A stretch of DNA of 64,000 bases from Octopus vulgaris (taxonomy: Eukaryota). Numbering within the stretch: the stretch's first letter is position 1; each line of letters opens with the position of its first letter. This document shows positions 27,841-41,645 of this stretch, in pieces. The stretch is taken from positions 103,726,001 to 103,790,000 of the forward strand of contig OX597816.1 in assembly GCA_951406725.2 (NCBI GenBank), in the 5' to 3' direction. Position numbers and translations under genes: made by a program. The notes below the pieces were generated by a model. The model was given only the letters and a program-made list of their open reading frames with translations. It searched no databases and had not been told where the DNA came from.

Positions 27841-29639
27841 GACATGACTACATGGTTATGAAGTTCACTTTGTATCAACATGGTTTTGATTTGGTTCCAC
27901 GTTGTGGCACAGGAAGCAAATGTTTACTACCTGAGCCAACCAAATCCCTACCATCACCCATCTTTATTGCCATCAGTCACACTTTCCCTCACATTACTCT
28001 GTCTGGTGCCTGTCACTCATTATTAACAAACATCACCCTCATTTTTCTTCCAGCTTTCTGTATTCCAGTCTTTCTCTCTTCCTTCATCACACTGCTCATG
28101 CTGTTCTTCTTTCCAACCACCTTACTGGTAAATAACATACAGCTGTCATTACTGCTTTCCCCCCATTATTTTCTCTGCTACTATTCTTTTGCCCCTGTCA
28201 CTTGTTTCCCTATATACTTTTTCTTCTTTCATTCTCTCACTCTGGTTATCTTTTTGTCATCTCTCTCTCTTCTCTTCTTCTCTCAGTCACATTGCCTTGA
28301 ATGAATAGTGATGAATAGTGATCACTGTTTAGTCTTACATGGCCAGAGTAACTTCAGTTGTTCTGATTCTACAATAAAATTCACCTAGTAATTCTTTAAA
28401 ATTTTTGGTAAAAGAACAGATACAGCATAAGATTGAAAAGATCCTCTTTGCCTTGCTGTGGACATGTCAAACTTTCTAGTGATGAGGTCATCATAAAATG
28501 CTACCAGTGCTCTCTGTAATGTGGTAGACATTAGGAGAGTATCCAGCTCTAGAAACATGCCAAAAAGAAACATACAAATGAATTGTGGTCTTAAACCTAA
28601 TTATAATGGCGTTAACTTCAAATAAGAACTGACATAGGTTGTGGTGATCCATCCAACTCACTCCGTCATAAAATATGGATGTAAAATGATGATGAGGACA
28701 CTAGAAATGGATTTTGAGATGGCTACAACAGATTACAGCTGAAAAAGGCAGTCATTTTGATATGTATTGGAAGGGAAGACCTTTGTGAAATTTATTATAC
28801 ACTAAATGACAAGAAATTAATTTTTTTGAGCACAAAAAGACTTAACTAACATTCTATTTTAGTCCACAAAAAATTTTGACTTCTGATAGCTGCATGGTCT
28901 GGCTTATTTCAGCCTTAGATAAAGAGTCTTTGTTTTGTTAATTTCTTAGCTGAAAACAAATACAAGAACATGTGATTTTGATAAGTGTGATACTGATACT
29001 GCAATAGTAGATAATTTCATTAAGAAGATAAATTACTCTGTGAAAATAAAGCTGCTGTAGTCACCCAGCATTATACTTAAGAAGTTGATAGCATTCGTGC
29101 AGGTAACCCAGCAGCAACCAAAATGCACAGAAGAAAGTTTATCTATCACCTATAATGAAGAAAATATTGATTATATCAAATATATCAGGCAATCATATAC
29201 TAATGATTATAGAAAGAAATAGTTCTTCTATGCGTGTCGTTTCAAATTTCATATCTTTTCTGATCCAATATATCTGGTGAAGAGGAAAATCTGCATCTCA
29301 TGGAAGATGTCAGCCTTTTTGCAAATATATGCAAATCAAAAAGCTGCTTTTTTTCACAACTTTGGTAATACTTTATCACTTCTGCTTACACTAAAACATG
29401 AAGAGCAATTACATTAAGTTACATGGATAAACACTGTCAGTCAATAATGATGAATTTATATTTTAGACCAAGGGTGATTATCAACTAAAACAACATCAAC
29501 AAATAAAAGTCAATAAATTAGTCACATCATTCGCTATCGATTCTAGAGCAACATGTAATTTAATTGATAAAGCCGTATTTAATAAAATCAAGTTTAATTA
29601 AATCCTGAAACAATTATTCAATCATGCAAAATGAAAATA

Positions 29640-31450
29640 TTTACCATAGGCTCAACTGCTTTTCTAGATTTACTTGGGGGTCATTCAGGCTGCACTTGAA
29701 ATTGACTCAATTCTCTACCTTTATAGAATATTTGTTACCATATCTATGACTGGTGATTGTTTATTGGGATGTGAGACAGCTTCATCCTTTGACTTAAAGT
29801 AAAGCTCTATAAATAATCTAACAACAACAACAATGGGTGATTTATTTTAATTACTAAATAATTTGCTGAAGGCAGTGATAATTTAAAAGACTTTATGTTA
29901 AAATAATTAATCAGATATAAAATCTATAATACAACCTTTGAGAAAAATATCTTTTCAAGTAAAGAAACAAGTAGAGATCTTATGGTAAAAGCTCTAAAAC
30001 ATGGGTCTTGCTGTTGATTGTAGTACAAAAAAAAATCATAAAACAAAAAGAGAAATAAGATGGCTACATTTGTTTGTTTGGGGAACTATGTAGAGTAGTT
30101 AAAGCTATCCAAAGGAGATATCTAATACCTACTCATGATATGATAAGGTACTGGAAAATTTTTATCGATCATGCTTCTTTTCAAAACTGGATATTAATAA
30201 GAGCTGTTATAAGGTAGAGTCAGGGCTTTAGTCATGTCATATAACAAGATTTGCTTCTTCCAGTAGGCTGTATTAGCATAACTGTTTGGTTCTTGGAATT
30301 TCTACAGCATTTGAAGTTTTTCAAAAAGTCATTAGCAGTCTTTTCAATTCTGAACTTAATATAAGTAATATTGCAGATGAGATTCTAGCAGATTAAAAAA
30401 AGATATGACACTAAATCAATGTTTAATGATATTGTGTAAATAGCCTGACATTAAATTACAAGAAGTGTGTTTTCGGCATTAAAATATTTTGGCTTCATTG
30501 TTATGAATGAGAGATTTAAACTGTCAGGGAATAATATTTAAATGTCCCAGAACCCCAATTGAATTAAGAAATGTTTTCTTGGTTGCATCAGGTAACATGT
30601 AAACTATTAAGACAAATTATACTATGGAAATAGAAACTGGAAAGATGGAGACAGAGAGAGAGAGAGAGGAAGAGAAAGACAGAGGGCAGAGAAGGGACTT
30701 CAGAGAGCTGTTGAACAAGAGAAAATATTTCTGGAATTAAGATTGTGCAACACATCATATATAATATTATCATACTTTAATACCAAACCGAATGCTTCCA
30801 TTGATGTTAACACCAGTCCTGTTGGATTTTGCACTGTACCAGTACAACATGATTCCCAAGGCAAATGTCAATTTCCTATGCATACAAAACACTTTTAACA
30901 ACTTTTGTCCAACTGTGATGTGGGCGAGTAGAAATTTCCACACATATCTATACAGTAGGCTATTGACAAACATCTTTAGTGAGCCTCAATTGCTATAAAT
31001 ATTATTTAGTGCATAGATGGAGTGTTTGCCAAGAATATTTCACTGGTGACTTAGATTGATGTCCTACAATTACAAACTGCAGTCCATAAAGAGCGTCAGC
31101 TGCATTGTTACATCAGCCAATACCAACAATAGAGTATGTTGATGAGGATGTCTATTGTGAATGATATGTAAATTTTGTAATTGCAAATGCTTTTCCTAAA
31201 GCTATGACCTTATCTAATTTGTTAAAGCATTCAAAGGAAAACTCATCTACAGAAGTATTTCAAAATGATAAATGAAAAATTTTAGCTGTTTGAATTTATC
31301 TGCTTATAGAACAAGAGCTTATAGAGGAATAAGGTATCGTTCTATGAGGAGATCAAATCTTCATTACTTTTGCATTAAAAACATGAGTATCATTTTGAAT
31401 TGGAGGAAAAAAAAAAAAAAATAAGCAACATCTGAGAAGTAAAGTATGGT
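29640..31450 (-). mobile_element. Possible very old hAT transposase remnant (GTF2IRD2/Buster-like)
   Basis: Weak spaced similarity only (…QL.LF…, TGVN.NG, LN...QFKSL). Many stops and frameshifts. Confidence 0.3.
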
Positions 31451-32112
31451 AGCCCAACTTTGTCAGAATTATAGAGTTGGAAATTAGAAATTGTTTGATA
31501 TGTGTGTGTCATTCGAACCATCTAAACCTTTAATAATGTGGTAGCACTGCATGTTTCACACAGTCTGTTTGAGATTTCATGTGACACAACTTGATAGTCA
31601 GGGGATCAGAACCATTAAACATGGTTACCCATTCAATGAAAAAAGTTTGTTTATTCATCTGAAGAAGGCTTCCTAGAAGTAAAAGATCTCTTGCAACAAT
31701 GGCTTTGTTCTAGATAAACACTTTACTTTAAAAGCACATTACTGGATGTATTATTACCACAAGGCATTTTTACTATATAAGAACAACAACCATAGAGAAA
31801 ATTGAAATAATGATAATAACAACGATTTTTTATTTAATAATGATATTAAAGGTTTCTACATTTTTCGCATACAGGCTAATTATGACAAAAGATATATTCA
31901 ACTAATATTGCCTGGAATACTTTTGGTTAGCTTTGTTGTAATTTGTAATGTGATGTGCAGCTGACCTGTCCAACCCATTTGTAAAGTAGACAGTAAATCA
32001 TTACTATTGCCACAAGCGATAATAATGGTACAATGATGTAAATGCTACTTACTTAAAGTTATCCAACTCAAGAATGTGTGTGGATTTCACTCCAAGACAA
32101 AAATGTTTCATG

Positions 32113-32283
32113 AGCGTAGGAGTGGCTGTGTGGTAAGTAGTTTGCTTACGAACCACATGGTTCCAGGTTCAGTTCCACTGCGTGGCACCTTTGGCAAGTG
32201 TCTTCTACTATAGCCTCAGGCCGACCAAAGTCTTGTGAGTGGATTTGGTAGACAGAAACTGAAAGAAGCCCATTGTATATATG

Positions 32284-32316
<33 letters not shown>

Positions 32317-32525
32317 TTGTGTGTCTGTGTTTGTCCCCCAACATCACTTGACAACCGATGCTGGTGTGTTTATGTCCCCGTAACTTAGCGGTTTGGCAAA
32401 AGAGACTGATAAAATAAGTACTAGGCTTACAAAGAATAACTCCTGGGGTTTATTTGCTTGACTAAAGGCAGTGATCGAGCATGGCTACAGTCAAATGACT
32501 GAATCAAATAAAAGAATAAAAGAAT
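32113..32525 (+). mobile_element. SINE family A, full length
   Basis: A box TGGCTGTGTGG, B box GGTTCAGTTCC, CORE-like TGGCACCTTTGGCAAGTGTCTT, central (TA)/(TG)n and an (AAAGAAT)n tail. At least 7 copies in the window. Confidence 0.92.
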
Positions 32526-33221
32526 ATTGTTTAATAAGCTTTCAACTTCCGTTTCCCTTTTCATCTTTTTGTATTCCTCACTCTCATCATACCCAACACA
32601 TCAAAGTAATCTTGAACTGAATTACCAAGGGAGTGACTACATAGTCTCCAAACTGCAAGAAATAGTTACCAAACTTCTTGAAATCACTTCCTGCTTTCAT
32701 TTTTTTTTTTGTTTATATAAATGAAGGAAATATTGTAAAATGTTATAGTCTAGATACACTATATCTAGGAAATAAATGAGGAAAATAAAAGACAGACTCA
32801 ATCACAGGTGAAACTCTTTTGATCATTGGTTTGCTTTAAAGGCTGGCCTGGTGTTAAACAACAGCAGCAACAAAATAATCTTAAAACCTGGTGAATTGTA
32901 ACGGAGTTTCACAAATTAAATTTTATTTGAAACAAATATTTGTAAGTAATGGTACCTAAAGACAATCAGAACAGGGGATTTATTTTGCAAAAAAAAAAAA
33001 AGAAATCTTCAAGATAAGTAAAATGCCAGAAAAGCACAAAATTATAGTTTATTTAAATAGCTTTGTTTATCTGGTTTAATATCTGATCTATAAAGTTTGT
33101 TCTGTCCAAAAAATTTTTGTACTCCTTATAAGTATATTTATATATAGCAGTTTATCTCCATACAATACATATTTCAGTAATTGTGTATATTTATTTTTAA
33201 AAATGAAATAAAAAATTAATA

Positions 33222-33351
33222 AGGCGTAGTGATGGCTGTGTGGTAAGTAGCTTGCTTATGAACCACATGGTTCCGGGTTCAGTCCCACTATAGCCTCGGG
33301 CTAACCTTGTGAGTGGATTTGGTAGATGGAAACTGAAAGAAGCCTGTCATA

Positions 33352-33390
<39 letters not shown>

Positions 33391-33799
33391 TTAGAGACAA
33401 AACCACTATTTTGCAAAACAAACAAGGAAAGACTTAATCAATACATAAAATTTTAATAAAAAGTAAAAAAACCGCCACTACAATTGTTTCATGTCTTGAA
33501 CGACAATCTTCAGGTGGATTTCCGATTTTCAAATCAGTTTCAATTTATGAATTCATAACTTGAAACTGATTTGAAAATCGAAATCCACCTGAAATTGTCG
33601 TTCAAGACATAAAACAATTGTAGCGTTTACTTTTATTAAAATTTTATGTATTGATTAAGTCTTTCCTTGTTTGTTTTGCAAAATAGTGGTTTTGTCTCTA
33701 ATTAATATTATATAATATTTTACTATAAAATTGGATTTAATCCTAAATCTGATTTTTTTCCCTGTAAATTTGGATTTATTCCCTAATATTTATTATTAT

Positions 33800-33830
<31 letters not shown>

Positions 33831-34022
33831 GTGTGTATATGTTTGTGTGTCTGTGTTTGTCCCTCCAACATCGCTTGACAACCAATGCTGGTGTGTTTAT
33901 GTTCCCATAACTTAGCGGTTCAGCAAAAGAGACCAATAGAATAAGTACTAGGCTTCAAAAGAATAAGGCGGTGCTCTGGCATGGCCATAGTCAAATGACT
34001 GAAACAAGTAAAAGAGTAAAAG
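33222..34022 (+). mobile_element. SINE family A interrupted in its central (TA)n by a fold-back insert
   Basis: The 5' half (33222-33350) and 3' half (33830-34022) both match 32113-32525. Confidence 0.9.
33383..33800. mobile_element. Fold-back Penelope-pLTR-like insert with a minimal hammerhead ribozyme
   Basis: Arms 33383-33551 and 33552-33710 meet at GAATTC with no loop. The minus strand at 33475-33517 reads CCAC-CTGAAGA-T-TGTC GTTCAA GACA-T-GAAA-CAATTG-TA-GTGG. Confidence 0.85.
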
Positions 34023-34419
34023 CGAACAAAATAAGAAAATCACAGCCATCACTCAAAAGCGAGTATTACTTAGTAGCATGTACTATGTTTTGCTAACATT
34101 TTCATGTACCTCAGTAGTTGTGTGGACACCTTACTCAACCCTCCTACCCTTGACCTTGCTGACCACCTAAAATGTGTCAGCAGAAAGGAGAAAGGGTTGA
34201 CTGCAAAACTCTAAGCTGATACTCACCTGATTGGAGTGAAGCACGTGACATGAAGTGCCTTGCTCAAGGACACACTGTACCGCAATAGTAAGCTATGTAC
34301 CTTCATAACTGTTCAATAAGTATTTCCTTTCTTCTTTTTTTCAAAAAGAATTAGTTATATCTTTGAAAATATGTATAATAATACTCCAGTTTAATAAATG
34401 CTATGCAACTATGTTAGCT

Positions 34420-35200
34420 GATCTTAATGTTGTTACTTTCTTGTATGTTTCTACGTCTATCTTAATAGATAATCTGTCCAAGTCATTACATAAGTGGTTG
34501 TGCATCGCTCCAATTATGCCACTTACAAATGAGATAATGGACACATTCTTTAACTGCTTTAACGTTCCTAATTCAACATCTAAGTCATTGTTATTTGTTA
34601 GCTTTTCAGTGCACTTCCATACAACTCCATTATTATTTGGTATTACTGTGTTGATTATTAATACACTATTGTCATTTCTGTCATGGAAAACAATGTCAGG
34701 CTGTTATGTGTTGGTCTTTCTCTACTAAAGTTCTATAGTATCTCTTCATTGTCATTTTCTAAGACAGTTGGAGATTCACATGAATAACAAAACCTTTTCT
34801 CTGAATAGGTGAAACTAAGTTGTCAGGTTCATATAGTGCTGCTTCACTATGTTATTGTTTTCAAGTACATTTCTTGAGAGCTTAACGTTGGAAACCCTGA
34901 GGCAATGTGATATATTCTTTCAGAAAACACACCATGTAGGAATTGTAGATAATGCTTTCAACATGTCTTCCAGTGATGGCTTGCACCTGAATGATGAATA
35001 TTATTGCGTCTGCTGTTTCATTTACATCAAGGCATGCATCAGGTTTTTATTCCTGTACAGGGCACTCTGTTTGCAAAGGAGACGATGGACATTTCTTAAC
35101 TTTCTACTTCCATCTCTTTCTTGAGCTCCTTGCTTTCTATGCCCTCATTACACTGTCACATCAAAAAACATTAAGTGTATGCCTATTCAGCAGTGGCTGA
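34420..35200 (-). mobile_element. R4/Dong-like restriction-like endonuclease C-terminal fragment
   Basis: The minus strand reads ..PDIVFHDRND..VLII..IP.......EKL...DL..EL......V.II....GIIGA. Confidence 0.6.
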
Positions 35201-35449
35201 CTATATTGCGGTCATCACAAATGAAGACTGTTGTCATGTGGAGTTGATGCTTTCTTCTTTTTGCTAACCCTCACCATCTTCTACTTTTTTCATCCTACCC
35301 TTCACTGCACGTCTCCAGGTAACACTGCTTGATGCTATGTCCTTATCCTCCCATAACTCTATTTCAATCCATACAGAACAGATGTCTGTTTATACTTATC
35401 TTTATATCTCAAGTAAGGGTGGCCTGTTCAGCACAACTCACATTCTATC

Positions 35450-36560
35450 TTGGGGATCTTCCATTTGTGTGATACCTTGTGCAGGTGTGACACAAGTACT
35501 GATCTTTATTGTTTAATGAACTCAGGTAAGATAGCATAATTTCATGGTTCTTTACTATTGTTGAGAGCATTGATGGCTTTACTAGATATTCCATGGTTGG
35601 TTCAATGTCAAGCTTCTCAATTACTGGTAATATTAAGATGCTGATGAGGGCTTCAACAGACTGAATTCTCTATAGAGAGAAGTTATGACTGATGCTCCAC
35701 TCCATCTACCTTTTTATAACTTTAATGTAGTTAGTAATGACCTCTCTAGATTTTGATTGTAAGGGAGCTGTTTCTTACATGGTTTGCCTAATGGTTTATC
35801 TGATGACTTCACACCCTAATATTGCTACTGGAAGAGATATGTTCAGAGAAGAGCTTAAATGTAATCAATATTTGTTAACACACTTTTTGTCTCTCATTTG
35901 AGAATAACTCCTAGATATCTTTAAGTTTTGCTGGGTTATGTCTTCCTTTCATTTTCTGAGAGCTTGTCTTTTGGTATGTAGGTTCTTTGGAAGTTGGCTT
36001 CATACCTTTATTATTAAATGCTGTAATACTAGACTTGTAAATGATGGAACTAAGATGGCAGTATTTAACTTCTGCAGATAGATCGGTGTCCTTTGGGGAA
36101 ATATCTTTGATGAGAGAAATGATCTTGTTTCTACCTGTGTCATTTTAACAAACTGTGAGGATCCACTGACTTGCTCAATGAAACATTTTACTTGGTTATC
36201 TTATAATTTGATGATAATGAGAGAGCATTCAGAGTTACAGTTAGCTCTGTGGTAGCTTCATGTGTTATAAAATTTGGGCAAAGTTTGGAAAAAACAAATC
36301 CATTTTTTGTCACTGATGTAATCTTGGATGCACCCATGAAAGTCTGTGCCTGTACTTCAGTAATCATTTACTTGACTTAATTTTCTTTCTAGTATCAGAT
36401 ATTGTTCTCACTGGAGACATTGCAAGCTTTATTGTTTTGGCAATGTTGAATTTTTCTCTCACATGAAACCTTTGTTAAACATCAATTTTGGTATCTAGTG
36501 TAACCCCCTTAAGGTTCCTTTCCCCAATACTACTTTCAGTTCCACTTGGCTTCTTTTCAT
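35450..36560 (-). mobile_element. Old RTE-like LINE fragment (APE end to RT start)
   Basis: SYH.A.C.S..SL.I and LDIEPTME...KAINAL...K.PG.DAI.PE-like remnants. Confidence 0.5.
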
Positions 36561-37083
36561 GCATCAGGAATTCTAAGCAAATTCAATTGCAGTGGTAATC
36601 AACAAATATATATTTAAAAAACAACACCTGGAAAGAACCATTTTGTAAGATAAAAACATGGTTGTTTTACTGCAGTGGATGTAAATATGGAAATGAGATG
36701 AAAGGCGAAGAAGTGAGGAAGAAAGCAGAATGAATATTTTTAGTTGAAAGGTTGCTAGGTTCATAGGCATTTTGCCTCTTGCATTCCTAACTTAAACCAT
36801 AAAAAACCCACACTTTACCCATGCATACATATGCACACACACATGCATGCACACACACATGCATGCACACACACATGCATGCACACACACATTCTGTTGT
36901 GTTGATCTACAACTTATTTTGCTATGGATTTTGTGATCATATTTTTACAATTATCGAGGTTGTTAGTTGGTATAGGTCCTTCAAAAGTTAGTGCATTAGC
37001 AATGGTTGTTGTATTGGTTTTGGTGTTGATGATAGGAGTGGTGATGAAAATGAATTTATACATACATACATACAGACAGACAG

Positions 37084-37120
<37 letters not shown>

Positions 37121-38272
37121 TGGGTTGATAAAAATATAAGTAGTGATTATAGGTTTTTCAACTTGTTCAAATTCATTTGAGTTTCCATAAGGCCAAAATT
37201 GCTGGCTATATCCTGACGTTTGTAGTCATACTCTACAGTTTTGTTACTGTGAAATATTGTAACCTGAGATAGCAATCACACAGATTAGGGACCTATAAAT
37301 ACATATTATAGAATATATGTATATGAGTATATATGTATATACTGTCATCACCACCAGTTGTGATGATGGTGGGAGTTTTCACAACTGCTTCCTAGGTAAC
37401 AACAGTAAGTCACCCATATAATTCTAACTAGGAAAGGGCAAAGTAAATGTCATTATCTCTAGTCTTTAGTAGTGTCAAGAGCTTTAAGCAACTAAGAAAC
37501 AAACGTCTCACTGAATAAGATATCAGTCAATTTGCTATTAAATCCTTACCTCAAAAGTATGACATTTAGTCTTGCAAGCTATTGAGTGGTTTGTTGGTCT
37601 CACACAATGGTTACTGCTTGGAGTGGGCAATGGTGCTAATCTTCACTACATATGCCATGTGAGGTTAAACTCCAGATCAACCGTGATCAAGCAGATCTAT
37701 GGCCAAAGGCCTTCCAGTCATGACAAGCCCATTTTTTTAGGTATTGTGTATCTAGGATTATATTATTCAGTGTATCCTTTTGTTTTTTTAAGATAGTTGG
37801 ATGTGATTTAAAGGAGACTTACAATTTTTACTTCTAGCAGGTTGAGTGAACTCATATAGCAGTGGTTTCTAATGTTTCTCTGACTTCATTACACTTTTTT
37901 CCTATCTGTAAGGGACGCAAAACTCTAGGTTTACTACAGATCCATAGGAAAATTTTTAGACCTAATTGCAGTGTCTCATTCTCTCTGCACTGTTCCACTG
38001 GAATACAGACTTTGATATTTTTTAGTTAATTGTATTGTTTAAATTTCAACCTTGTGACACATCAAACTACAATTAAAGAAACTTTCGTTGAACAACATTG
38101 ACTTTGAAAATTAAGTGTCTCCATCAGGGAGTCACTCCAATGTGAGTAACAAAATATGAATTGCTCATCTCTTTCTGTCAGTTGTCTACCATCTGATATT
38201 TGTATGTGTGTGTGTGTATGTATATCTATATTTATCTATCTATTTAGCTATCTATCTATATTTCTATCTACC

Positions 38273-38308
<36 letters not shown>

Positions 38309-38564
38309 CATGCATGGATGTATGGATGTATATGTGTGAGGTGAGTATATATATGGCGTCATTCAGCTGGCACCTATACCAGTGGTATGTAAAATCATCC
38401 ATTACACTCTTGGAGTGGTTGTCATTAGGAAGAGCATCCAGCCATAGAAACCATGCCAAATCAGACTGGAGTCTGGTGCAGCCCCTCAGCTTACCAGCCC
38501 TGGTCAAACCATCCAACCCATGATGATGATGTATATATGTTTATATACATATACATATGTGCAT

Positions 38565-38608
<44 letters not shown>

Positions 38609-38611
38609 ATG

Positions 38612-38656
<45 letters not shown>

Positions 38657-38992
38657 ATCAAATGGATGTCTTATAAAACTACTCTGCACATAAATTAACA
38701 GCCATACCTACAATCCAACATACCTCCAGCATCAGCTGCCCCAAGGATATCATTATGGTTTCGACACCTGGGCAGTACCATTCAATCTGACAGTGTCAAC
38801 AGCACTAAAATAAGTGTTGTTTGGGAACAAACATACCTTTGATATCACCGCATTCATTCAATTTTAACCAATTAAACTACAACAAAGAAACCACATTTAC
38901 CCAATGTACAAAAACAGTATCAGAAAATTAATAATTCTGTAAGTAGGCCTAGGGTGTATGTGCATAAGCACATTTCTATGTATATGTGTATA

Positions 38993-39243
38993 TATGCATA
39001 TAAGAGGGATGACCACTAAGTGGACATCCAGTATGTTAGAAGATCACCTACTATCTAACCACAATCTAACTACAATCATAGGTGATCTTCTAGCATATTG
39101 GATGTCCACTTAGTGGTCATCCCTTCTTATATGCATGTAATACAATTTTTCTGAATTTTCAGATTTTTCTATATGCTAAGCTACTGGTTTTAAATTGATG
39201 TTAATTAAATTAATATTCAATTTATCACCCTCATTATTTAAAT
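38993..39243. mobile_element. Fold-back insert in a TA/TG tract (no hammerhead visible)
   Basis: Inverted arms at ~38995-39050 and 39078-39136 (GGGATGACCACTAAGTGGACATCC / GGATGTCCACTTAGTGGTCATCCC), with a one-sided extension. Confidence 0.65.
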
Positions 39244-39294
39244 ATATGTGTATATATGTATGTGTTTGTGTATGTATGTGTACTTATGTAAGAA

Positions 39295-39391
39295 TTCAGC
39301 AGTACATATACTAAAATGGGAATGATACAGAGAAGACTACCATGGCCCCTGTGCAAGGATGACATGTAAATTCATGAAGTATTCCATATTT
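39295..39391 (+). pseudogene. U6: U6 snRNA retrocopy
   Basis: TTCAGCAGTACATATACTAAAATGGGAATGATACAGAGAAGACTACCATGGCCCCTGTGCAAGGATGAC...TTCCATATTT. The AGC triad is mutated and the 5' end is missing. Confidence 0.95.
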
Positions 39392-39575
39392 CTCCCTACC
39401 ATCGTTTGACAACTGATGCTGGTGTGTTTATGTCCTTAGCAGTTTGGCAAAATGGATGATAGAGTAAGTACTAAGCTTACAAAGAATAAGTCCTGGGATT
39501 GATTTGTCTGACTAAAGGTGGTGCTCCAGCATGGTTGCAGTCAAATGACTGAAACAAATAAAAGAATAAAAGAAT
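39392..39575 (+). mobile_element. SINE family A 3' half fused directly to U6
   Basis: CCATCGTTTGACAACTGATGCTGGTGTG...GTCAAATGACTGAAACAAATAAAAGAATAAAAGAAT. Confidence 0.9.
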
Positions 39576-41335
39576 GCATACAAGTATGCCTGAATGTCTG
39601 AATACATATATGAGTGTATGTAGGTCAATATTTGTGTCTATCACAAGGAACTTCATGTTTGCAATCTGTCTGTTGGGTGGAATAATACATACATGCATAC
39701 AAACATACACACGTACATACATGCATGCATACATACATACATACATACATACATGCATGCATGCACACACCCACACACACATGCACCCCCCCCACACACA
39801 CAAACATATGTATGGATGTATGCATGTATATACATGTGTGCATATATGCATGTATACACACATATATATTCATCATCATCATCGTTTAGCATCCTCTTTC
39901 CATACTGGCATGGGTTGGACAGTTTGACAGGAGATGGCCTGGCAGAAGACCAGGCACCATACTTCTGTGTCTGTTTTGGTATAGTTTTTATGGCTGGATG
40001 CCCTTCCTAGCACTAATCAACCTGTAGAGTGAGCCGAGTGCTTTTTATGTGGCACCAGCACAGGTGAGGTCAGTTTTGGCATGGTTTTACAGCTGAATGC
40101 CTTTCCAAATGCCAACCACTTTATAGTGTGAACTGGATGTTTTTTACATGGCACCTGCACTGGCAGGGTCACCAAGTAACTTACAAGACAAGGAATCTTT
40201 GAGAGGAGAGGGGACATTGGCAGTGGTGCTCTTGTGTCTGATGATTAGTGTGACAGAAAGACAGGAACAAATGTCTTGCTGTGGAGGAGATACATGGTTA
40301 CCAAGCCAGAGAGAGAGAGAGAGAGAGAGTTAACAAGAAAGAGGGTTCGCACATACACACATATTCATACACATACAGTTATATATAAATATATATATTC
40401 ATATATATATTTTAGTGAGCTTTTAGCCCACTAATTTAATATAATGTCCGGTCAACCTTTGATAGCTGTGGGAATTAATCCAGTGAGAAACAACAACAAT
40501 TCGTATGAGTTTTCGAAGACTTCATGTACATAGTGTATTTATTCCAATCTGGGATGAGAGCATTTATACACAGCTTGCATATTAACATTTAACATAACAG
40601 AATGGAAGTTTAATAAGAAAAGGTTTTCATCTTGCCGCCTTCCATGACTGGTATAGTGGATTCGACTAAATTCAAATCAACGCAGGGTAGTCCAGTAGCA
40701 GGAACAGAGATGGAGATGATGCAGTTAGCAGCAGGCCACGTGGGATAGAAATATAGGCTGTTACTTGGCTGTGCGCATCTTTTTATCCCTATCTAACGAG
40801 CGCCACCTAGTTGTTAATGATGTGACAGGGGAGATAACTCTAGATGATCCTCATTAAGACATGGATTCAAATAAGGTTGCCTACAAAATATTTGTGTACA
40901 TACTAGCATGCAGGCTTGTTTCTAATTTAGAGTCACCATGCAAAAGAAAGATACAAATATGCACTTAAACTCATGCATTCTTTCACACATAAATATACCC
41001 ATACATACTTGAATATGTACGCAAACATTTGTGCATGCACACAAACCTATATACACTGGTGTGTAGTATGCACGTGTATTCCCTCCACCATGGTGACTCT
41101 AGGTTTCTAGACAGTGTCAATAATCTATGTTTGTAAACTATTTGTGAATTATGGTATAATAACTTTGTCAAACAAATGCTATTATTGCAGTGAACAATAA
41201 ATACTAGAAATAATATAAACTCATATAAAAGACTTTAGGAGATTGATTCTCTCACAGGGTTCCTTTTCTCTTTCACCACTCTACACCTAAATCTTTTTAT
41301 TTCTCTATCATATATATATACGTATATATATATAC

Positions 41336-41369
<34 letters not shown>

Positions 41370-41371
<2 letters not shown>

Positions 41372-41589
41372 TGGTAAAAACGGTAAGATAACAAAAGAAA
41401 GAAAGAGACCTCAATATTATGTAAATAGAGGAAAAATTTATCTGTAAATTAATGTTACCATTATACAATAGTCAAGATAAAACTCTGAGTTTCAGATAAC
41501 CGAAGAGATGGTGTTGTGGATTTCCACTTCGGCATCTGAAACTCAGAGTTTTATCTTGACTATTGTATAATGGTAACATATTAATTTAC

Positions 41590-41595
<6 letters not shown>
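41370..41595. mobile_element. Fold-back Penelope-pLTR-like insert in (TA)n containing a complete hammerhead-like fold
   Basis: Inverted arms at ~41440-41497 and 41534-41594. The + strand at 41494-41556 reads AGATAA-CCGAAGA-GATG...CATC-T-GAAA-CTC A GAG-TT-TTATCT. Confidence 0.8.
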
Positions 41596-41645
<50 letters not shown>

